DNA of 64,000 bases, taken from assembly GCA_001875345.1 (NCBI GenBank), contig MIZA01000022.1:838-64837 (forward strand), in the 5' to 3' direction. The position numbers and the translations under genes are program-made. A model generated the notes under the pieces. It searched no databases. It worked only from the letters and a program-made list of their open reading frames with translations, and had not been told where the DNA came from. This document shows, piece after piece, positions 26,948-34,700 of the stretch (within the stretch, counting starts at the first letter, position 1; each line of letters opens with the position of its first letter). Source of the stretch: Marine Group III euryarchaeote CG-Epi1 (lineage in GTDB: Archaea > Thermoplasmatota > Poseidoniia > MGIII > CG-Epi1).

Positions 26948-27603
26948 GTGAAGAAAAAGTAGATGCTGAAGAAGAATTGCAACCTCCTGCAATCGGAGGA
27001 ACTTTTCTAACAATGATGTTTATGCTTTGGATAATTATTAATCCTGATTTAAGAGATTTTATGGGAGAATCTGCTGGTACTGTGTTAGAACCTAGAATAA
27101 CATTTGACCATCAATACCCTGTACTTACTTTTCTCTTTGCAGGAATTATTATGATTTCATTTACAACTATCATTCGTCACTTCATTATTGACTGGGAAAA
27201 GATGGCTGAAATCCAAACCAAAATGGCAGCGTACAATAAAGCAATGGGGGAAGCAAGACAAAGTGGTAACGAAGCCAAAATGAAGAAACTATTTGCGATG
27301 CAACCTCAAATTATGCTATTACAAAGTGAAATGATGTCTAATCAAATGAAACCAATGGCTTTCACAATGATAATAGCAATACCTATCATTATGTGGCTAC
27401 GAATATTTGTCAACGGTTTAGACTTACAAGTAATTTCTTTACCTTGGGAACCAAATTATAGTTTAGATGATGATTTATGGATTTTACCGCATTGGATCTT
27501 GGTTTACTCTGGATTATCCTTACCTTTCGGGCAAATAATTATGCGTATCTTGAAAATTGGCTCAAACCGTGGAAGTGGTTCAGTAACTGAAATCATTAAT
27601 TAA
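26944..27603 (+). CDS. DUF106/EMC3-like membrane protein (archaeal YidC/Oxa1-superfamily insertase candidate)
   Basis: 219 aa. 3 TM segments plus an amphipathic coiled segment (KMAAYNKAMGEARQSGNEAKMKKLFAMQPQIMLLQSEMMSNQMKP). Conserved secY-adk-DUF106 synteny in archaea. Confidence 0.7.
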   Translation: MSEEKVDAEEELQPPAIGGTFLTMMFMLWIIINPDLRDFMGESAGTVLEPRITFDHQYPVLTFLFAGIIMISFTTIIRHFIIDWEKMAEIQTKMAAYNKAMGEARQSGNEAKMKKLFAMQPQIMLLQSEMMSNQMKPMAFTMIIAIPIIMWLRIFVNGLDLQVISLPWEPNYSLDDDLWILPHWILVYSGLSLPFGQIIMRILKIGSNRGSGSVTEIIN

Positions 27604-27606
27604 CTT

Positions 27607-28164
27607 CTATTTCCAAAACCTTTCTAAAGTAAGTCTTTCAAAAAAGAACTTTTCTTCACGTATAATTTCCCTTTTCCAATTTACATTTAAATTTTTCATC
27701 TTACTTGAAATTATAAGATATATATTTCCGCCAGTCTTAAGATATTCTTCGGCTTTAGACAATAATTCGATTGTAAATTCTGAACCTGTAGGGCCTCCTT
27801 CTACTGCCAAGGCTAATTCTGGATCATTGTACTCTTCTGTTGGAGGTAAATAGGGAGAGTTACAAACTATGAAGTCAAATTTACGGCCTTTAACTTTTTC
27901 AAACATATCTCCTTCTAAAACTTCAATATTTACTTGATTTTGGTTTGCATTATATTTTGTAGCCTTTACGGCTTTGCGATTGATATCAACGGAAGTTACA
28001 GTGTTTCCTCTTTTAGCTAAATGTATAGAGATTATTCCTGAACCGCAGCCTATTTCTAACGCTGAGCCTAATTCTTCTGGAAGGTAATTACAGACCATCC
28101 AGGAATCTTCTGCAGGTTCATAAACTCCTTCAAAATTTTCTATTTTAATCTCTTCCATAATCAA
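27607..28164 (-). CDS. HemK/Mtq2-family SAM-dependent methyltransferase
   Basis: 185 aa. EIGCGSGIISI (motif I) and the NPPY-type motif as VCNSPYLPP. Confidence 0.75.
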   Translation of the reverse strand: MIMEEIKIENFEGVYEPAEDSWMVCNYLPEELGSALEIGCGSGIISIHLAKRGNTVTSVDINRKAVKATKYNANQNQVNIEVLEGDMFEKVKGRKFDFIVCNSPYLPPTEEYNDPELALAVEGGPTGSEFTIELLSKAEEYLKTGGNIYLIISSKMKNLNVNWKREIIREEKFFFERLTLERFWK

Positions 28165-28172
28165 CCATAAGA

Positions 28173-28188
28173 AAGGTTATATAACCTT
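28173..28188. promoter_or_regulatory. Perfect 16-bp palindrome AAGGTTATATAACCTT in a divergent promoter region
   Basis: Read directly from the sequence. It lies in the 45-bp gap between divergent genes 27607-28164(-) and 28210-28980(+), and contains a symmetric TTATATAA TATA-like core. Confidence 0.5.
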
Positions 28189-28209
28189 ATATTTAAACAT
28201 ATATAACTT

Positions 28210-28980
28210 ATGGCGTGGAAGAAGGGAAAAAAACCAGAACAATATCTGTTCACAATCACTGATGAATTCTCTGATAATTGGAAATCTTTCAAAGAAGAGG
28301 CCAAAGATAATAACCAAAATATTAGCGAACTATTAAGAAATACTGTAAGTTCAAAATTAAAAAATAATGCAGCTAAAAAAGCCTTAGTCCTTAGTCCCCA
28401 TACTGACGATGCAGAATTAGGTTGTGGAGGGACTATTGCCAAACTTATTGAAGAAGGCTGGAAAGTCCATGTAATCTATTTTAGTGCTGTAGCTGAAAGA
28501 TATCCTAATTTAGTGGAAGAAGCTGCAAATTCAGGCAAAATATTAGGAATTACGCATGAGGTTCTAGATTTTCATACTAGGTTTTTTCCAAGAGATAGAC
28601 AAGAAATTCTTCAAGCACTCTACGATCATTCTAGAAGTATAAATTATGATTTAGTTTTCACTCCCACTACTACCGATATTCACCAAGATCATGGAGTGGT
28701 AACAGCTGAAGCGAAAAGAGCTTTTAGGAATTGTACTTTACTTGGATATGAGCTGCCTTGGAATAACTTATCTGTTTCACTAAATTGCTTTATTCCGCTT
28801 GAAGAAAGACACATAAAGAAAAAAATATTAGCATTGGATTGCTATGATAGTCAGAAACACAACCCTTATTTTAGTGAGAAATTTTTTAGATCTGTAGTGA
28901 AAATGAGAGGTATACAATTATCAAGTCCTTTTGCTGAAGGATTTGAGACGATTAAAGTGAGGTTAGATCAACTGTTATGA
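28210..28980 (+). CDS. PIG-L/LmbE-family deacetylase with N-terminal ribbon-helix-helix-like extension
   Basis: LVLSPHTDDAELGCGGTIAKL (PIG-L signature) and later HQDH. The first ~50 aa (YLFTITDEFSDNWKSFKEEAKDNNQNISELLRNTVSSKL) fit the strand-helix-helix pattern of the CopG/Arc family. Confidence 0.8.
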   Translation: MAWKKGKKPEQYLFTITDEFSDNWKSFKEEAKDNNQNISELLRNTVSSKLKNNAAKKALVLSPHTDDAELGCGGTIAKLIEEGWKVHVIYFSAVAERYPNLVEEAANSGKILGITHEVLDFHTRFFPRDRQEILQALYDHSRSINYDLVFTPTTTDIHQDHGVVTAEAKRAFRNCTLLGYELPWNNLSVSLNCFIPLEERHIKKKILALDCYDSQKHNPYFSEKFFRSVVKMRGIQLSSPFAEGFETIKVRLDQLL

Positions 28981-30119
28981 CGAAAATTGCGATGGTTTTG
29001 GGTCATGATTTGTTAATTCCTAATGAAGATACTAGAGTTTATCGAGAAGCTTTAGCTCTAATTAAAGCTGGATACGAAGTAACTGTTTTTTGTTGGTCTA
29101 GAAGATTAGAGAAATATGATACAAAATGGGAAGTCGAGAGAGACGGGATTAAAGTCATTCGTATTTTTGAAGATTTGAAAGGAGGGTTCTTTTCCAAAGT
29201 TAAAAGTTTTAGAAAAGCACTAAAAAAGCTTGAGGAAAAAGTTACTGAGTATGAACCAGATCTTATTCATGCTCACGATTTGGAAGTTCTTGATGTGGCT
29301 GTAAATATTAAAAATAAAACTGGTACTAAGATTATCTTTGATTCTCATGAAGATTGGCCAATGATGGAAAGTGTTCAAAACTGGTTTATTGGAAAATATT
29401 ATGAAAGAAAACAGAAAAAATTAATTGGAAAAGTAGATGCAATGTTAACTGTTTCAGATGAACTGGCTCTTAGATTAGGTGGCGGTACTGTTTTGTATAA
29501 TTCTGAACTATTGGAGACTGTCAAAAAACCGGTTTTACATGATAGGTTCGGTTTGGATGGTATAGTTGCAGGCTATATTGGAGGGTTAAGAAAGCCTATT
29601 CTAGAAGAAATACTAGATGCTGCGTCTAAAGTTAATGCATTGAGTATTTTGATTGTTGGAGGGCCTCCTAAAGGACATTCAGGATATACGGACATGATTT
29701 CTGAGCTTGAAGAGTTAGCCTTAGAAAAAGGTGCTAATGCTAAGTTTACTGGACCTTTACCATATAGTATGATGAATGAATGCTACGCTGCATGTGATAT
29801 TCTGATGGTAGGGCATTATGTTGATGAAAGAATGAGAGGCTATGCTTTACCAAAGAAATTATTAGATTCCATGGCTTACAAAGTTCCTGTTATTGTAGGG
29901 CCTTATGAAGCTCGTCAAAAAATAGTTGAAAGATATGAATGTGGCCTTGTAACTGAAGATTGGACTGATGCCTTGACTACTCTAGCTAATGATAAAGAAC
30001 TTAGGAAAAAAATGGGCGAGAATGGCTATAAAGCATTTAAAATGAATTACTCATGGGAACTTCAAGAGAAAAAAATGCTCGAAGTATACGACGAATTATT
30101 GAAAGAGGAAGGACAATGA
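28977..30119 (+). CDS. Glycosyltransferase family 4 (GT-B fold)
   Basis: 380 aa. The N-terminal half has the typical IHAHD...FDSHE pattern. The C-terminal half has a GT1/GT4 nucleotide-sugar binding pattern (LPKKLLDSMAYKVPVIV...ECGLV). ATGA overlap with the deacetylase. Confidence 0.8.
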   Translation: MTKIAMVLGHDLLIPNEDTRVYREALALIKAGYEVTVFCWSRRLEKYDTKWEVERDGIKVIRIFEDLKGGFFSKVKSFRKALKKLEEKVTEYEPDLIHAHDLEVLDVAVNIKNKTGTKIIFDSHEDWPMMESVQNWFIGKYYERKQKKLIGKVDAMLTVSDELALRLGGGTVLYNSELLETVKKPVLHDRFGLDGIVAGYIGGLRKPILEEILDAASKVNALSILIVGGPPKGHSGYTDMISELEELALEKGANAKFTGPLPYSMMNECYAACDILMVGHYVDERMRGYALPKKLLDSMAYKVPVIVGPYEARQKIVERYECGLVTEDWTDALTTLANDKELRKKMGENGYKAFKMNYSWELQEKKMLEVYDELLKEEGQ

Positions 30120-31126
30120 GAGTTCTGTTAACAGGGGTGGGATGTCCCGGTGCACATGCCTTAATTTCGAACTTAAAATTGCAAGATGAAAGTATCTTCA
30201 TATTAGGCACAAATGCAAATGAGCAAGCTATCGGTAGGTGGCTATGTGACGATTTTGCAGTTGTTCCTTGGGCTTACGAAGAAAATTATATTGATTCTAT
30301 AATTGATTTGGTCAGAAAAAACAATATTGATATTGTATTTCCACAGACTTCATGGGAGATGTTTCATCTTTCGAAAGCCTCCAAAGAAATTGAAAAATAC
30401 TGTAGACTGCTGGCTTCAAAACATGAACTAGTAGCCATTTGTGAAAATAAGTATCTAATGTACAAACACTTCGAAGGGAAAATTGATGTCCCTCAATTTT
30501 ACTTGGTTAAAACAATGGCTGAACTAGTTAAAGCTGCTGAAAAATTAGGATATCCTGAGAAGGATGTTGTATTCAAACCTCCAGAAGGAAAAGGTGCTCG
30601 AGGGGTGAGAGTTCTAACCGAGAAATCTGATAGATATGATCTTTTGTTTAATGGAAGGCCTTTTGCAAAATATATCTCGATTGATGAACTAAAGTCTACG
30701 GTTGGCAAAAACGAAATACCTGAACTAATGGTAATGGAATATTTAGAGGGCGTGGAGTTAAAAATTGATCCTGTTCTGAAGAATGGAGAAATGCTAACCT
30801 GCTCTGTTAAAAATAGATTAAACTTTGCATCTGGTTTAGCAATGGGGTTTGAAATGATTGATGATAATGAAGCTATTAACTATGCTAGAAGTTTATTGAA
30901 ACATCTTCCAATGGATTATTGTATTGACATCTCAACTAGAGGAGGAGTTCTCATGGAAATTAATCCACGAGTTTCTACATACATTTATAGTAAAAATTAT
31001 TGTGCCCCTTATCTCGCTTTGAAACTAGCAATGGAAGAGATGTCTGCCGATGAAGTTAAAGATTACCAAACGAAACTTCCAATTGGCAAAAAAATGTTTA
31101 GGTACTACGGCCAGATAGACTATTAG
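30116..31126 (+). CDS. ATP-grasp domain ligase
   Basis: 336 aa from the ATG that overlaps the GT4 TGA (ATGA). MRVLLTGVG pre-ATP-grasp start, KPPEGKGARGVRV, MEYLEGVE, MEINPRVS motifs. Confidence 0.8.
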   Translation: MRVLLTGVGCPGAHALISNLKLQDESIFILGTNANEQAIGRWLCDDFAVVPWAYEENYIDSIIDLVRKNNIDIVFPQTSWEMFHLSKASKEIEKYCRLLASKHELVAICENKYLMYKHFEGKIDVPQFYLVKTMAELVKAAEKLGYPEKDVVFKPPEGKGARGVRVLTEKSDRYDLLFNGRPFAKYISIDELKSTVGKNEIPELMVMEYLEGVELKIDPVLKNGEMLTCSVKNRLNFASGLAMGFEMIDDNEAINYARSLLKHLPMDYCIDISTRGGVLMEINPRVSTYIYSKNYCAPYLALKLAMEEMSADEVKDYQTKLPIGKKMFRYYGQIDY

Positions 31127-31141
31127 TCGGTAACTATATTT

Positions 31142-31267
31142 CTAACAGCTTGCGCAAGTATACATCAAGCTATTATCTGTTAGAACAAGTTCCGTAGTTG
31201 CTTCTTTCTGCATGCACTTTTCGCAAAGTACAGTCAAGCTATTTGTAGTAGTTAGTGACTCAGACAT
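31142..31267 (-). CDS. Candidate 41-aa zinc-ribbon protein (absent from the ORF track)
   Basis: MSESLTTTNSLTVLCEKCMQKEATTELVLTDNSLMYTCASC*, giving CxxC-19-CxxC. A TTTATATA box sits 22 nt upstream of the ATG on the same strand, consistent with a leaderless mRNA. Confidence 0.5.
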   Translation of the reverse strand: MSESLTTTNSLTVLCEKCMQKEATTELVLTDNSLMYTCASC

Positions 31268-31288
31268 AATAAATTTTTATTTTAGGCA

Positions 31289-31296
31289 TATATAAA
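31289..31296 (-). promoter_or_regulatory. TATA box (TTTATATA on the minus strand) for the zinc-ribbon ORF
   Basis: Consensus-like archaeal TATA. Its spacing to the ATG at 31267 places the predicted transcription start at or next to the start codon. Confidence 0.5.
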
Positions 31297-31376
31297 CATT
31301 AAATTCTAGTGGGTAAATAAATTATCAACATTTTACGATTAGTGCACTACATTACTGCAATGAAAATATAAAATCC

Positions 31377-31463
31377 TGGCGCCAGGGGAGAGATTTGAAC
31401 TCCCGAGGGATTGCTCCCAGTGGCTTTCGAGGCCACCGCAATACCGGACTATGCGACCCTGGC
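31377..31463 (-). tRNA. tRNA-Ser (anticodon CGA), CCA encoded
   Basis: Manual cloverleaf: acceptor GCCAGGG/CCCTGGC, anticodon stem GTGGC/GCCAC with loop CTCGAAA, long variable arm TGGGAGCAATCCCTC, T arm GGGAG-TTCAAAT-CTCTC, discriminator G plus CCA. 87 nt. Confidence 0.9.
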
Positions 31464-31534
31464 TGTTTATCTCCAGATGTGTTAGAACTTAATGTTCACG
31501 GTAACTATTTTGAAGTCTCTCTAAATGAAAGGAT

Positions 31535-31741
31535 ATGGAATGGCAAGTAACTATTGATGACAAAATAGAAACTATTGTTTTACCCGATGGAAGTACTGCT
31601 AATGATCTTGTCAATCATTTAAATTTACATCCAGATGGTGTTTTGGTTGTCACTGATGAAGAGAAAATGAAGCCTATTCCCTTAGTCATAGCCTTACCTA
31701 AAAAACCGATTAGAATTATTCTAGTTGCTTCTGGCGGATAA
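31535..31741 (+). CDS. ThiS/MoaD-family ubiquitin-like protein (SAMP-like) with C-terminal Gly-Gly
   Basis: 68 aa ending ...ILVASGG*. The size and the V-NG/D-like middle (LHPDGVLVVTDEE) fit beta-grasp sulfur-carrier or modifier proteins. Confidence 0.65.
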   Translation: MEWQVTIDDKIETIVLPDGSTANDLVNHLNLHPDGVLVVTDEEKMKPIPLVIALPKKPIRIILVASGG

Positions 31742-31795
31742 CAAACGATATTATTTATTAGTCTGGAATATAAGGCTGCGAAGACTTACTAAATT

Positions 31796-34700
31796 ATGGC
31801 AAAGAAATCTGTGAAAAAAGAAACGGCGTCGAAAAAAAGTACGCCTAAGAAATCTCCTGCCAAAAAAAGCCCTACTGCGAAAAAAACTCAAACAAAAAAA
31901 GCGGTTGCAAAGAAAACTTCTACTAAACAAACTAAATTACAAGACAATCAAAAGAAAGGTAAATTAACAGTAAGTCAAAGAGAAAGAGACGAAATTGATG
32001 CAGTTATGGATACTTTGTGGGCTTTTGTAGGGGCTCTAAAAAATTCATGGAAAAATACGAGAGCTATTTTGTTAGCTGGTATTTTCATTGGACTAATCGG
32101 CGTAACTTTCTCTGGCTATGGTCAAGAGTTGGTTGGTGTTGAACAGTCTGGAATTTGGTACGCAATTACTGAAAATCCTGAAGATTTAGAAGCTTCTTTT
32201 GATCCTGTATTCAATAATCGACAATATCTAGAATATTCTTCTGGGGATGAAATTAGAATAGAAGGAAAATTAACTGATATTAGATACTATGGAGATATTG
32301 AAGATGGGTTATATCCTATCCCTCCCAGTGGTTTAGATCCTGCGGTTGCACCAGGGGACAGCTTCAAAATTCTACAGCCTGGGACTACTGACTCTTTATT
32401 TCCAGTACTCTCTGAAAATAATAGTGAAATGAATATTAATTTTGCCAGTGGATTGGAATTTCAAAGAGTGCATTTCAATAATACTGACTTAACCGCAGCA
32501 GTTTTCACCAACGTAAAATTTACCGATGTTTTATTTTCAGAATATTCCTTTACAGATTCTTTCTTTATAGATTGTAGTTTTGAAAGAGTTACTTTTGCAG
32601 ATGTCGATTTTAGTAAGTCTGTGATGTCGAATGTGACTTTTGATGCTGTACTATTCAACAATGTCACTATGGATTCAAATAGAATTGAAAAGAGCGTATT
32701 GGATACCTTTTTGGTTAGAAGCTCTACATTTAATTCTGTTACATTTGATAAGACTGAAATTACAGGAACTAAGTGGTCACAGTCTGCTTTAAACGACGGA
32801 ATTTTCCAAAGAAGCTCAATGGATGTAGTCATCTTTAGAGATCTGGAAGTCAATGATTTTTATCTGATAGACTCAAAAATCAATTATAATTTTGATGTTC
32901 CTCTTACTTCAACTTTTGATCATACGTTTATTGAACTTGGAGAAGCTACTGTAGTCGTAGGAGGAAATGTCGAAGATGAATACGCTGCCGGAGCTCATCT
33001 TTATTTTGGAAATGCTAAAGTAAAATTGGGTGGATTAGCTGCCGGAACTGCTCCAACATACGGCGGTTGGGAGCCTGGAAGTGTAACTGGTCAAGGTTTT
33101 CAAAAATTAAATTCAGGTAACTTATCTGTAAATTTAAATTATGAATACATTTATTCTGATTCTAAGGATATTGACATTACTTTCTGGTGGAATATTGCCT
33201 TTGATTGTATTGCGGTATTGGGTCTTGGAATTCTGATATATGCTATAGGTGGACCTAGCGCAATGCTTGGACTTTTCAAGTTTCTTTCACCATTCATAAT
33301 GACTGGCGCTTTCTTCGTTGTAATGTTTTTGAGCATGGGACAAAGAGAATTCTTAATTCTTTCTCAACTAATGCTTGTTTATTTTGTTCCACCGTTTGGT
33401 AAAGGTACTGTGGTTCCGCTTGGAATTGCAGGCGGAGTTGATCCTTGGGCTATCGCAATTTGTACTGCATTTGTCGATATTGCAGTAGGTGTTTTCCTAA
33501 CTTGGAATTTTGACTTGGCAAAGAAAATACCCTTCATTGGTAGCGGAATTAATCGAATTCAGATTAAAGGAAAAGCTATGTTGAAAGATTTACCATGGTT
33601 GGAAAGAGCTTCTTTTGTAGGTATTGTTGTATTTGTTATGTTCCCATTCCAAGGTTCAGGTGCAGTTGGAGGAACCATCTTAGGAAGAGCTATTGGTTTA
33701 TCACCAAATAGGAATTTGAGTGCTGTTGCTATTGGAGCTATAAGTGGGTCACTAATTCTATCTGCTTCTGTAGTTTATGGATTAGGTGTCTTGGCTATCT
33801 TAGCTCCTCTACAAATTGCAGTAACTGTAATGTTTATTGGACTGTGTCTTGTTATCTATTATTTGTATCAACATTGGGAAGAGATCAAGTTGGAAGATGT
33901 TTCACAAACGATTGGAGGCGTTTCACAAACTCTTGGCCTTCACAAGGAAGGACTCATCGGAGCACCAATCAATGCTAGCGTTGGGGCGCTTGGAACTGCC
34001 GGTGGAACTGTTCTAAAGGTTACTGGAGATACAAGTCGTACTGTTCTTGGAGCTGTTGGACAAACTGGTAAAAACATAACTAAAACCACCGGTGATTTCA
34101 TAGGTTCTTTAGCTGGATCTTTTGCTGATGATAAATCTGACTATGCAGATAGTACTAAACCCACTGAGTTAGACTCAGGAGTATTGGTTTCCATGGCAGA
34201 ACAAAAAACAAAGAATAGAGTTGTAGTTACTGGCGGTGCAGGATTTATTGGATCTCACCTAGTAGATCGCTTAGTAAAAAGAGATGAAGAAGTTGTAGTT
34301 TTAGATAATTTTTCTTCTGGCCAATTAGAATTCCTCGAAGAATCAATTGAAAATATTACCTTGATTGATATTGACCTACTTAATGAGGACTTTGCAGGAT
34401 ATTTAGAGGGAGCGAAAATCGTATACCATTTAGCTGCTAACCCTGAAGTTCAACTAGGAATTACTAAGCCTGAAGTCATGCAGGAACAAAATGTAGACGT
34501 TACAAAGCGCGTTTTAGAAGCTATGAAATTAGCTGGATGTGAAAATATTGTCTTTACTTCTACTTCAACAGTTTATGGAGATGCAGAGAAGATTCCAACA
34601 CCAGAAACTGCAGAACTAAAACCAATTTCTGCGTATGGAACTAGTAAACTAGATGCTGAAAAATTAATCGAAAAGTATTGTAAAGAGAATAACTTCCGAG

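Noticed and set aside
30053-30115. Upstream start for the ATP-grasp gene (357-aa version).
   Set aside because: It overlaps the GT4 gene by 67 nt. The ATG at 30116 forms the ATGA coupling used throughout the window and gives the typical MRVLLTG N-terminus.
31800-31960. A-rich repetitive stretch considered as a non-coding repeat or terminator region.
   Set aside because: It is in frame with a good ATG and encodes regular KKxxxKK units continuous with the downstream ORF.
32461-32853. 130-aa minus-strand ORF exactly opposite the pentapeptide-repeat region.
   Set aside because: The periodic codon usage of the repeats keeps the antisense frame open by chance. The sense strand has perfect 5-residue periodicity, so the sense reading is the real one.
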